64,000 nucleotides of DNA from NCBI GenBank assembly GCA_951406725.2, contig OX597826.1, positions 4,216,001 to 4,280,000 on the forward strand, read 5' to 3'. The stretch's first letter is position 1; each line of letters begins with the position of its first letter. Under the pieces are notes generated by a model. It was not told where the DNA came from. It was given only the letters and a program-made list of their open reading frames with translations, and searched no databases. Shown here piece by piece: positions 1 to 12,638 of the stretch. A program made the position numbers and the translations under genes. Source of the stretch: Octopus vulgaris (Eukaryota).

Positions 1-448
1 GAGAAAAATATAGCAAATCATTTTTGTACCTTTCAGTCGCGAACAGCCCAAGTAGAAGTGAAGCTCTGAGCAGACAATCAGATATCGTTCCCACGTCTCC
101 TCTAAGGTAGCGTAGTAGCAACTCTCCGGGTCCCATCTATGGATTAATTATCATGGGTTAATTATCATGTCTGGAAGTAGATCGCTCGCAGACACCCCCA
201 AAGGTAGTAGAACTGATGAGATATTTTAAAATCCTGTATCCCTCTGTAATTACTGGTATCGTACACTTGTTGCATCAATCAGATATAAGTGTGAATGACT
301 AATGAGTGGAACTGGCTTACACAAATCACGTCCACCGTATTAATCACTATAATCATATTTATCATGCATGCTCTTTGGCTGAGTCTTGGTAAAGCCTCAT
401 TCAACCAGAGAGTCTACTACTTATATACATGTGTGAGTGTATACATAC

Positions 449-956
449 ATGGTGGCTGCCCCCTCGTTATCGAGTATGGCCATTGCACGAAGCTTAATCA
501 ATGTTGTTATCGTGCAATGCCTGTGCAAGAAGATTTTTTAAAGTGAGGAAAGGCTGTGCACTGAGACAATCCCACTCATTAGCAACAGCAGCCATAATCC
601 GAAAAGAAGAACAAGTCAACATCATCGGTAACCACTGAGCCGCAGGTTTTATGTCAGAGTTATCCCAGTTACCTGAGTTACCTTCTCCTAGAAGGATGCC
701 CTAACAAAGGCTGGGAGTCCTTCACTCCCAATGGTTTAACCGCGCGATCGGGTATTCAGTCCGATTATTTCTATGTCCCCGCGCATGCCTTAAAAAAAAA
801 TATACATTTATTGGATGGCCGTTGACTCTCAAGATTTCCTCTGCCCTTTGACAGGTTTTGTTTTTCATCCCGCAGGGTGTCCAATAAACACCCTCCTCAC
901 CAAGAAAGCTTGGTGGGGTTGCCGGTTTAGTCGCCGACGACCCGACGATGCAACAG
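449..956 (-). mobile_element. Short non-autonomous RTE-related retroelement (5'UTR-like segment joined to a 3' tail)
   Basis: GC-richer ~500-bp island between (TACA)n tracts. Contains CCTTCTCCTAGAAGGATGCCCTAACAAAGGCTGGGAG, which resembles RTE-clade 5'UTRs from memory. Its left end resembles the tail of the SINE at 60281. No ORF. Confidence 0.4.
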
Positions 957-1458
957 TGTTAACAGTAGCACTCATACACACATACATACATACATATACA
1001 CTTACATACATATACATACATATACATACGTATAAGTACATACGCGTGTGTGTATGCGTGTGAGTGGGCGTGTGTATGTATGTGAGTACATGTGCAAGAA
1101 TATTACGATATACATGAATAAATATGTGTTCGGTGCGAAGGTCTGTCTTCACATGCATACATGTAGCTTTCTGTATCTGTGCTTGAAATCTTAGAATCAC
1201 TTCTGATATCATATGTTGACAGAAAAAACAATGCGATTATATATAATTATTAATGGATAAGTATACGTAAGCATACATATATATGTGTGTATGTGTATAC
1301 ATACATATTTATATCTATCTAAACATATATATATCTATATATATATACAAACATATATATATACGTATATATAGATATATATATATATACATATATTATA
1401 TATATATATATATTATATACATATGTATACATAATTATACATATATTTATATATTCAA

Positions 1459-1523
<65 letters not shown>

Positions 1524-2131
1524 CTTTTATATATATATACATACATATATATATATATACACATACATATATATTATACATACATATATATTATACCTAC
1601 ATATACATATATATGTTGTACATAAATATATGATGCTTACATACATATATATAAATATATATATATACACTCACATACACACATATATACACATATATAT
1701 ATATATATGGGTGTGTGTATATGTGTTTATATTTCTATTTTTATGGAGCTATATATAGATAAATACATCTAATTCTATCCATACGTGCTTATGTTACACC
1801 AAAGAACCCACATTCACCCCAAAACACACACACGTACGCACAAATACCTGTACATATATTTGTGCATTACGATACTTATATTTATACATACGTGCAAATA
1901 AATACACACACGTGCGTGCGCACGCTCGCGCACACGCATACATATGTGAAATTATAAACTGCAGTGGAATCTAATAACTACAAACTATGGCAGCATAAAA
2001 TAATTTTTGAGAAATGTATATAATTTTTAAAGAAAATTTCAAAGAATATGTACATATACATCAGTATACATGAACACACACACAATATTTGTATATAACA
2101 TATACATATATACATAAATACATATATACAT

Positions 2132-2172
<41 letters not shown>

Positions 2173-3018
2173 CGCATACATATATACATACATACATATT
2201 AACAATTGGTGTCATATTTTCATTTTCACATAAACGAAAAATTATATAGAAATATCAGTTATTTTTATTTTATTTTATATATACATAATTTTAATATGCT
2301 AGCTTCTGCTAGCATGGAAATATAATTTTTATAATACTTGTGAATTTCACTCATTCACTCCTTCCCCACTCGTTCCATCTCCCCCTCTCTTAAATCACTT
2401 CTTTTTTTTACTATATTTTTCTCTCGCTCTCTCACGATCTCTCTTTATCTGTTCATCTCCCCCTTTTAATGTCTCTCTTCTTACACCCCTACTTCCTGCC
2501 TAATCCTGTACCTTGTTTTCTTTATAATTTTTCCTCAATATGATTTTATTTTCGTCTTATCAGAAACTAATCTTGTTCCAATTTCTTTCTCTCTCTGACT
2601 ATCACTTAATCTCAATTTCTTCTCCTTATTCTCTAAATACACACACTCTCTCTCTCTCTCTCTCTCTCTCCCTCTCTCTCTCTTACTTATTCTCTCCGTC
2701 TTCTGTCACTGTATTATTCTCTTTGTCTTTATTTCTCATTTCAATATGGCCGCCAAACCATTCCTTATTCCCTCGTTTACTTTAATACATTAGATGAGTT
2801 TTTTGTCTCAATGTCTTTCTGAATATCAGAAACAAATTTAATCTCAACTACACTCTCATGTTCACAATATATCATCTTCTCACTCACTTTTCCTCTTTCA
2901 TTTGCTCTGGTCGTATTTTTCATAAATACGTGTGTGCATGTACATTTTTATAAACACACACGTATATATAAATGCATATATAATATATATATATATTTAT
3001 TTATACATATATATGTCA

Positions 3019-3060
<42 letters not shown>

Positions 3061-3117
3061 ATATGTATGTACGTATATGTATCTATAACTTCTGTCTCTC
3101 TGTCTCTCCCTCTTTAC

Positions 3118-3274
<157 letters not shown>

Positions 3275-3609
3275 CTATATATATGGATGCATATATATAT
3301 ATACATATATATATATATACAATAATATATCCGTTTTAGTCAATGAATATACGTATTTATAAGTATATATATATCTATATCTAACAATAGTGATATCGGT
3401 ATATTATGTTGAGTAAAATACATATACGCATATGTGTGTGTGTGTGTAAAATATAGTATAATTATAAACGAGGAAAATTTTAACCATTTCTCTGCCGAAT
3501 GAAAAACACGATGAACAAACTTAATTGATTTTTGATGGGTTCTCATCAGAGGCATCCACATCATTATAACAGTCTCCAGAGCAACAAGCAACCAAACTGT
3601 TTATATACT

Positions 3610-3945
3610 CAACAAATGCAGCAGTTACTCTAAGTAGGAGAAGAAAAGAGGAATGATGACAACTTGTTCTCCGGTCCGGATGGTTCTTAGGATCAAGGAG
3701 CTCATCCTACGAGATATATCGATCTTATTGCGGGTACTCCAGCTGGGATTGAAGTCAAGATATATGACAATTGATTTCGAACGTGATCTCAAGGCTTTAA
3801 GGACATCATCGATGTGGCGTAAGAGCTGTGTTAGACAGTCACTGCCACTCCGAAAGCCATGCTGCTTTGAATTTTGGAGATTGTGTCTCACCAGGGAGCC
3901 AACTAGCCTTGATCTCACCACGCTTTGAAACACTTTAATGATATT
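3610..3945 (-). mobile_element. CR1/L2-group LINE ORF2 (RT) remnant with internal deletion
   Basis: ORF 3625..3933 reads QHGFRSGSDCLTQLLRHIDDVLKAL...VIYLDF (RT start), fused directly to a post-RT segment SRRMSSLILRTIRTGEQVVIIPLF..YLE. Confidence 0.8.
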
Positions 3946-4052
3946 ACATTTATACTCACATGCTCATTTATAAATATATGAATGAATTTATATATCTATC
4001 AATGAATATATGTATGTATATATATGTATATATGTATATACATACATATATT

Positions 4053-4083
<31 letters not shown>

Positions 4084-4111
4084 GTATATACATACATATA
4101 AATATATATAC

Positions 4112-4179
<68 letters not shown>

Positions 4180-4379
4180 ACATATATATATATACATATA
4201 TATATATATACATATGTATACATATATATATATATATACATATATATATACATATATATGTATACATATATATGTATGTACATATATATATACATACATA
4301 TATATATACATGTATATATACATATATATATATACATACATATATATATACATATATATATGTATACATATATATGCAT

Positions 4380-4462
<83 letters not shown>

Positions 4463-4723
4463 TTTGCTCCTGCTTCATTACCTATGTCTATGAATTTCTC
4501 ACATCCAAACGTAATCATGGCATCACACCATTTTCCGTGTGTAACACTACCTTGAGTCAATCGTAATAACTTTCACAAACTCACAATTATGGGTCCTAAT
4601 TTATGATTTTCCTATTACATGTTTCTCCTTTTACATACTAACATTTTCATTTCTATACATCCCTCTCTTTATATAGACATGCACACCTGTATACACAATC
4701 TCACTCCCACACTGCATTTTTAC

Positions 4724-4756
<33 letters not shown>

Positions 4757-5394
4757 TTATATGAAGGTAGGTAGGGAGGGAGATAGGTAGATTGATGCAT
4801 CAATAGATAGATGGAAAGATAGATTGATATGTATTTTTAGAAATTTATATTTATATAATATACATTTACATATATTTTTCACAGTTCCTCGCAATTGGTT
4901 TCCATTATATTTATTTATATACTAGTGTAAATGAGTATGTGTGTGTTGAACGTGTGGTTAAATGTTATTGCATGTATGTATATGTGTGAATGTATGATAA
5001 AAAAAATACATGTATATATAAATATATAAATATGTATATATATGTACGTATATATGTGTGTCTGTCTGTGTTTATATACAAATATGTAAATATCAGCACA
5101 TAAATATATTGCATTTATAGGCATGGATAAATATATATACATATACATATGTATATGTAAAGATAAAGAGAGAAGCTAGGAGAGAAATAGGCTTAAACGA
5201 TTGGTAACCTGGAGAAACATATCAAATTATATATACATATATATATATATTAAAGTAAACATATCTATACATATATATTTTATCAGTCCCCTCCTTGGAC
5301 AGAGTTTCATATTTCCTACAGGCCCATGATATTTGCAAGTATATATATGTATGTGTGTATCACACACCCACATATAATAATAATAACGACTAAA

Positions 5395-5540
5395 ACAACA
5401 ACATTATTTACATTATTTACATTCGACAGATATTTATCCTCATCTTGTTTGTTAACATAACGTTTCGGCTGATATACTCTCCAGCCTTCTTCAGGTGTCT
5501 TGGCGAAATTTCGAACCTGGATTATCATTCCTAAGTTAAA
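5395..5540 (-). mobile_element. Penelope-like pseudo-LTR fragment carrying a hammerhead motif
   Basis: Hammerhead core followed by an AT-rich tail, between AAC/AAT microsatellites. Same strand as, and downstream of, the GIY-YIG fragment at 7757-8093. Confidence 0.6.
5453..5499 (-). ncRNA. Minimal type I hammerhead ribozyme motif, core intact
   Basis: Minus strand GACAC-CTGAAGA-A-GGCTG(GAGAGTATAT)CAGCC-GAAAC-GTT-ATGTT: CUGANGA core, 5-bp stem II, GAAA, palindromic ACGT stem III, stem I with one mismatch. Confidence 0.7.
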
Positions 5541-5563
5541 ATATTATTATTATTATTATTATT

Positions 5564-5727
5564 CTATGTTTGACTTTTGCTTTATATTTGTACAAGTTGG
5601 CTCCAAGTCTCACCCAGAAACCTCAAGAGACAACAGGGTTGGAAGTTCATGTTGTTGTTATGCCTAGTGTGCCATATATTTGGGGGGTGGGGATGTTGTA
5701 CTAATGAATGTCTAAAAAAAAAAAAAA

Positions 5728-5758
<31 letters not shown>

Positions 5759-7675
5759 AAACCGAAAATTATGTTTGTTTTAAACCTTGAGATTACATAG
5801 AGAGTATTTTGCGTAGGATATGAGCAGTTCCCATGAGCACTATCTTTTGAACTTCTGCCATTTTTGGGTTTCCTGGTATCTGAGTTAGGTAGCTATCAGC
5901 CCCTTTTGCTATCATTCCCAGGGCACCTATGACAACAGGTATTGTTTTAGTCTTCAGCTTCCACATTTTGCTGATTTCTATTTCAAGATCTTTATATTTG
6001 CTCAGTTTTTGGTAGGCCTTGACAGATACGTTTATATCGATTGGGACAGTCATATCAATGAGGAGGCATGTTCTTTGTTTGAAGTTTTTCAATATGATGT
6101 CTGGCCTATTTGCATCTATCTTCCTGTCAGTTTGAATGGTGAAGTTCCAGAGGAGTGAGATGTGGTCATTTTCAAGCACTGGGGGTGGTTTGTGTTCCCA
6201 CCAGTTTTTTTCATGGGGCAAATCCAGGTTTTTACAGATTACCCAGTGAATATATTGTGCAGCTCTATCGTGCCTGTTGAGATACTCTGTAGGCGCTAGA
6301 AGACTGCACTTGGAGACCACATGGTCAATGGTTTCATTTTGTTGCTTGCATACACGACACGTTGGACTGCTTCTGATCTTTAATATGTTGGCCTGGTAGT
6401 TTCTTGTTGGTAGGCATTGATCTTGAGCTGCTATGATAAACCCCTCTGTTTCAGATTTTAAGCCAGAGGCCATTAGCCATTGATGGGTCAGGGCTTTGTC
6501 GATATCTGCATTATTCGCTCTCTTTGGGTATTTGCCATAGAGAGGTTTTTCTTGCCATTTATTATTCAGAATATCTAAGGCCGCAGTTTTGGCACGGGTT
6601 TTCATGCGCCTAGCTTTTTCTGTGCTTGTTTCTTGTATATCTATCTCTAATTCCGAAATTGGTTGTATTCGGAATTCACTTAGATATTCCTTTGCCTGTT
6701 TTGTGACTGAGTATGATGCTTTCTTGTTTTCATGTTTTGAGACAAGTTTTAGCATCCAGTCCTCAGAGTTTTTCAGGTAGGTGTCTAGGCCAATTGTAGC
6801 AATCTTCATTGTTATTGCCAGTTGCAAAAGACCACGGCCTCCCTCTTTTCTTGGCAGATAGAGTCGTTCTGTATCTGCCTTAGGGTGGTGCATTCTATGC
6901 ATTGTCAACAGTTTCCTTATTTTTCTGTCGAGCTGACATATTTCAGTAATTGACCAGTTAACAATATTGAAACTGTAAGTCACGACTGGTGTAGCTAATG
7001 CATTGATTGCTTCGATCCTGTTTCTTGCATTCAGCTCTGTCTTGAGTATTGCTCTCACTCTTCGATAGCATTCTCTCCTGATCCTTTCCTTCATCTCTGA
7101 ATGCCTTATTCCGTTCCCTTCAATTATCCCTAGGTACTTGTAGCTCTCCGCTGGGTCTAGTTCTTTTATGACATTCTGTTGGTCAAGGTTAACGTTAGAT
7201 GTTTCTGTCATTTTTCCTTTGATAAAGGTAGCCTTTGCACATTTATCGAGGCCGAATTGCATTCTGATGTCGTCACTGAATTGTTTGACTATCGCTAGTA
7301 GGCCCTTGAGTTGTTGATCATTTTTTGCAAAAGCTTTAAATCATCCATGTAAACGAGATGATTTATATTTTTATCAAACATTTTATACCCGTACTGCGCG
7401 TCATTGAGCAGCTTTGAGAGAGGTATTAAGGATAAACAAAAGAGGAGTGGTGACAGTGAGTCACCCTGGAAAATGCCACACGAAATTTTTACATCACCAG
7501 CATTTAGGGATTCACTGTCACTGTTCAGAGTTAGTGTGGTTCTCCATGATCTCATACTTACAGTCAAGAAGTTTCGCAGAGTTGGTGCTATCTTATACAT
7601 TTCAAGGCATTTCCTAATCCAGCTATGTGGTAGGCTATCAAAAGCCTTTTTATAGTCTATCCAGGCTATTGATAA

Positions 7676-7677
<2 letters not shown>
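5564..7677 (-). mobile_element. R4/Dong-clade non-LTR retrotransposon, 5'-truncated, flanked by (TAA)n on both sides
   Basis: Begins at NLSIAWIDYKKAFDSLPHSW and runs through GIFQGDSLSPLLF, YMDD, a CCHC knuckle and an RLE domain, then a ~230-nt 3'UTR. (TTA)n at 5542-5563 and 7678-7746. Confidence 0.92.
5793..7677 (-). pseudogene. RT / CCHC zinc knuckle / restriction-like endonuclease ORF (partial, one frameshift)
   Basis: ORF 7295..7600 (QGDSLSP, YMDD) and ORF 5793..7262 (CRVC..ETIDHVVSKC; RPDIIL..LIDMTVP..K..KY; IPVVIGALG) are joined by a single -1 shift in a T-run near 7330. No internal stops seen. Confidence 0.9.
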
Positions 7678-7747
<70 letters not shown>

Positions 7748-7756
7748 GTTGTTGTT

Positions 7757-8093
7757 GTTCCCATATGCTGCTCATATCTGCACTCGGTCTGCTTAGGGGT
7801 TGTTGTGTCCTAGCATATGTGCTGCTTCTTTCAGTTTTCGTATTTTCCAGTGGTGCTCTCTGTCTATTATTTTAACTTCCTCCCACGAGGGGTGTCTCCA
7901 TTTTCTCATACATGATCACCTATACCCGATTTATCAATATCTCCTCGTGTTACAGCTATGCGATATTCGTCTACCCTTATTTTGAGGGGGCGGCATGTTT
8001 CGGTTTTGTATAACCTACCACAGCTGCACGGGATGGAGTACACGCAGTATTTGGTCATATTCTCTTCTATTGAGGGTTTTACTCGAACTGGAA
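7757..8093 (-). mobile_element. Penelope-like element GIY-YIG endonuclease remnant
   Basis: Minus strand CVYSIPCSCGRLYKTETCRPLKIRVDEYR...KSGIGDHV*...KIIDREHHWKIRKLKEAAHM matches the PLE GIY-YIG pattern (VY.IPC..C...Y.GET.R.L..R..EH; R..KE). Has a stop and frameshifts. Confidence 0.85.
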
Positions 8094-8150
8094 CAACAGC
8101 AACAACAACAACAGCAATAATAATAATAATAATAATAATCATAATAATAA

Positions 8151-8199
<49 letters not shown>

Positions 8200-8204
<5 letters not shown>

Positions 8205-8634
8205 AATTAATGTGTGTAGCGCTCAGATGCACTACAGCTCATCAAACGTAAGTACAATTCATAGAATTATGTACAAAAGTCAGGAAAGTGAACAGTGCAT
8301 CAGTCCTGATATACATGTTTGCATGTGTATGGAGGGAAATATCAGATATAGCTTTGACGAATTTCAGGAAGCATTGAGGCTTTCAAGGATGCAATGTCTC
8401 GGCAATTAACAACTGATGCAGGTAGTTTGTTCCATGCTTCGGCAACTCTGGGTGTGAAAAATTGTTTCTCGAGTCATGGGAGCTGTACTGTTTTCAGACT
8501 TCGTAGTCATGCCCACATGTGTTAAAAACATGGAGCTCAAAAAGGTTCACAAGGTGGTTGTTGGCACAATAGTAAGTAATTTTGCGTGTATCTACCAAGT
8601 CTATTTCCAGACGTCGGAGTTTCAATGTATCTAT
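8200..8634 (-). mobile_element. CR1/L2-group LINE 3' end with (ATT)n tail
   Basis: Minus strand IDTLKLRRLEIDLVDTRKI...NFFTPRVAEAWNKLPASVV...* is a typical ORF2 C-terminus, followed by a short UTR ending at (AAT)n 8116-8200. Confidence 0.8.
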
Positions 8635-9827
8635 GTATAATATACACACATACACACAGTCAGATCCCGCCTATGTTGTTAGTATGATAAAAATGAGAGC
8701 AGTACTTCATGTTATACATAAGGTCCTTGACACATTTCCCAAACTGCCGGATTATTTCTAAAATTCGGAAATATTTCTAAAATCTGAAATCTCATTTATC
8801 TATGCTTAAAAGCGAAGCACGCGAAAGTGCTCTAGACTCTGAATCGAGTACTTACACGCTGCATCACGTCTGTCACCCATTGATGTTCTCTCTATAATCC
8901 GATGATGAAGTCTAGCTCTCTCTCTTTGTGTGTCGGACTCTCTTTTCATATATGTAGCTCTCTCTCTCTCACTCTCAATCTCTTTCTTTCTCTCTCCCTC
9001 TCTCTATGTGTGTGTGATGTGGGTGTGTGTAAGTATGTATGTTTAAACATGTACATATATATATAAATATTAGTACAAAATAAGTACGCACACATATATT
9101 TATTTAAGTGTATGTATATATATACATATATAAATCCATGTATGGATGTTGTGCATATAATTATATGTATATATATATATGTGTGTGTACGTACGTACGT
9201 ATGTGTATATCTATGTACGTACGTGTGTATGTATATATGGATGGATATAATTGTATAAAAACATTCACACCACAAACAAATCCCTGTTCCTGTGATATGA
9301 TGTGTTTGAAAAGAATAATTATGTTTATTTTAATGAATAGCAATGATTTGTTTTTCATATGTTCTGTTTAAGATATATATATATGTATGTATATTTACAT
9401 ATTGTCGCTCTGACATTTGGAATTTTCCCATCTAATTGGGTCCATTTCTCCACGTTTCCTAGATGAATATTTTCGTTATGTAGAAAATGTTTATTCCTAT
9501 CACAAATGTTATTATAGACCCATTTCTGTATTTCGTTATTCATGTTTCATTCGGAATGCCGTCCACTATCATTTTATAGATTTCCCACATCTTAGAGAGT
9601 ATAGGCGTGGGCGTGGCTGGGTGATTAGAAAAATACTCCCCGGTCACATGGTTCCGGGTTCAACCCCACTGCCTGGCTTCTTGATCAATTGTCATCAATT
9701 ATAGCCCCGCGTTGACTGTATCCTTGTGGGTAGAATTAGTGCTTGCATATGTATGTGTGTGTGTGCACCCGTATGTATTCATATATACATATACATGTAT
9801 GTATATATATATATATATATATATATA

Positions 9828-10083
9828 GTCGTAGGAGTGGCTGTGTGATACGTAGCTTGCTTACCAACAACATGGTTCCGGGTTCAGTCCCACTGCGTGG
9901 CACCTTGGGCAAGTGTCTTCCACTACTGCCTCGGGCCGTCCAAAGCCTTGTGAGTGGACTTGGTAGGCGGAAACTGAAAGAAGCCCGTCGTATAGATGTA
10001 TATATATATGTATGTGTGTGCATGTGTTTGTGTGTCTGTGTTTGTCCCCCCCCCCTAACTGAAACAAGTAAAAGAGTAAAAGA
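9828..10083 (+). mobile_element. SINE family A, internally deleted copy (an older head fragment lies at ~9603-9737)
   Basis: A-box/B-box-like head GTGGCTGTGTGA...GGTTCAGTCCC, ACCTTGGGCAAGTGTCTT core, tail CTGAAACAAGTAAAAGAG. Confidence 0.8.
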
Positions 10084-11015
10084 GATAACATGTAGACAGA
10101 TAGATGAATAAATAGATACATGTCATGCACATATACATACGCAGACACAAATACATAATAGTAATAATAATAATGATTTCATTTATTTGCCACCAGGGCG
10201 ATTGATGAGGGGGACAATACAAAGACAAACATAAAGTGTTGGGTGTATATATATATATATATATATATATAATAACAATTATGTATAAATACCGGGTGTT
10301 GATTTGGTCTGAAACATGAAGGTTTTAATAAAATAAGTCACCGTTCTTCTTTTAAGTTTGGTGCTTATTTTAGATGTATTTTGATGAAACACTTGCCGTG
10401 AACAAACCAACAGGGACTGCCAAACCGCGAGGTAAACGACTACACACATATGCATAGGCCCGTTTCATTTACAAACAAGGAGAACAAGAGATAGATAGAG
10501 AGGTAGGTGTGTATAAAAGTATTCCTTTCTATTGAAGACAAGAGCCTGAAATATCGGAGATTGGGGACAGTCGAAATACATCGACTCCAAGGGCTCCAAC
10601 TGGTACTTATTTTTTCGAACTCTAAATACTGAAAGGCAAAATCGAACGTACGACGGTTGAAATGTCGCTCAGCTAACGTTTCTGTCAACTCGCTAGTCGA
10701 TCAATTGCTGCAGGAGCGATTCAAGTGCATAACGTTTCGTGCCATTATATTTATCATATATTTTTAAGCGTATGGCAAGTGAATTCAGACTTGTATATCA
10801 TTTACGGAAAAAAATCAGCTAATTAATTCTTAGAGTATAATAAAGATTTTACTATTGAATATTTTACATCTGAGAAGGGAATTATTTTCTCCATAAAAAT
10901 GTACACATACTCAAGTGTCTATATTGTAGTAGTTTTTCTTTTTTTTTTTTTGTATCTCTTAAAATTTTCTTATCGCCTGGGATATCAGCGATAGATTTAT
11001 GTGATCAACAGACAA

Positions 11016-11078
<63 letters not shown>

Positions 11079-11244
11079 TGCATATATAAATGAATGTATG
11101 CGATTTCGTACATATACACTCGGTAATACAATACAGGCGTATTCCAAAGGGTATATCTCAATTATTAAGCAAGGCCTTTTTCACCGAAAGTGCTAATCTC
11201 TGAAATACGATATAAAGGAAATATGTGTAATTTTACTTAGTGAA

Positions 11245-11279
<35 letters not shown>

Positions 11280-11572
11280 ATATATATATATATATATATA
11301 CATACATACATATAAACTCAGAAGACCACACATGCACACAGACACACATATATGTATGCTTGTCTATTTATATGTATGACTGGCGTGCTCTCTGTGATTG
11401 TAAGTAACGAGAGAAAAACTATAAATTTTCATAATTAAGTATGAAAACTACAAGATTTGCGGTTCATTACAAAAATATAAAATTGAATATAAAAAAATTA
11501 AGTGTCTATTTCATTAAAAATTTAATAATTAAGTGTTAAGCAGGTTAGGTTTCGTATTTTTTAATCTGCCTT

Positions 11573-11620
<48 letters not shown>

Positions 11621-11671
11621 TTACAAACGGGAGCTTTTCTCTCTGTGTTTATACAAATGTATATATATATA

Positions 11672-11728
<57 letters not shown>

Positions 11729-11745
11729 TGTATATATTTCATATA

Positions 11746-11895
11746 GGCGCAGGCGTGGCTGGATGGTGAGAAACTTGTTTCCCAATCACATGTTTCCGGG
11801 TTCAGTCCTACTATATAGCACCTTGGGCAAGCGTTTTCTGGCAGACGAAAAACCTGTGAGTTGATTTGGTTGACGAAGCCTAAAAGGTGCTTGAC

Positions 11896-11929
<34 letters not shown>

Positions 11930-12155
11930 GTCTCAGTTTGTACGCCTGGTTTTGTCCCCAACACCCACCCGCCTTAATGCTCTAAAACGAGTGTTGGTGT
12001 GTTTATATCCCCTTACCTTAGCGGTTTGGCAATAGGGACTGATACAGTAAGTACTGGGCTTTAAAATAATTACTGCAGTCGATTGATTCAAGTAAAATTC
12101 TTCAAGGCGGTGCTGCAGTATGGCCGCAGTCTCGTGAATGAAAGAATAGAAGAAT
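11746..12155 (+). mobile_element. SINE family A, diverged copy
   Basis: Head, internal (TA)n and GGCGGTGCTGCAGTATGGCCGCAG tail, colinear with the 15598 copy. Confidence 0.75.
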
Positions 12156-12347
12156 ATCGTGTGTGTGTGTACATGAGAGTATGCGTACGTAATTATACAC
12201 ACATATATAGGTATTTGTATGTACCTGTACGTACAGATATGCATATATACGTTACGTAATGCGGAACGAATGAAACAGAAGTGCTCAATGCATATTGTAG
12301 AGGCTGGAGATTTTATCAAAACGTACATATACATATATATACTATGG

Positions 12348-12490
12348 TGTCCTTTCATTTTCCCTCAGCCATATCCAATGATAAGGCTTTGGTCAACTCG
12401 GGTCAATAGTAAAAGACACTTGACCAAAGTGTCACTGATTGTGACGGAACCCAGATCCATGATGCTGGGAAGCAATCATCTTGCTACTTA
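12348..12490 (-). mobile_element. SINE family A head, old fragment
   Basis: Degenerate reverse complement of the family A head. Confidence 0.55.
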
Positions 12491-12570
12491 ACAATACCTG
12501 TAGCGATGATACACACACACACACACACATACACAGACACACACACTCATACACAGACACACACACACAC

Positions 12571-12638
<68 letters not shown>

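Noticed and set aside
210-245. Lone CTGATGA/CTGAAGA boxes (also ~3543 minus, 37039, 44402, 59850)
   Set aside because: No correctly placed GAAA and stems; expected by chance.
8810-8836. Helitron-like 3' end (GCAC-GCGAAA-GTGC hairpin then CTAG)
   Set aside because: Hairpin is short and directly adjacent to CTAG, with no A/T target or 5' TC end identified.
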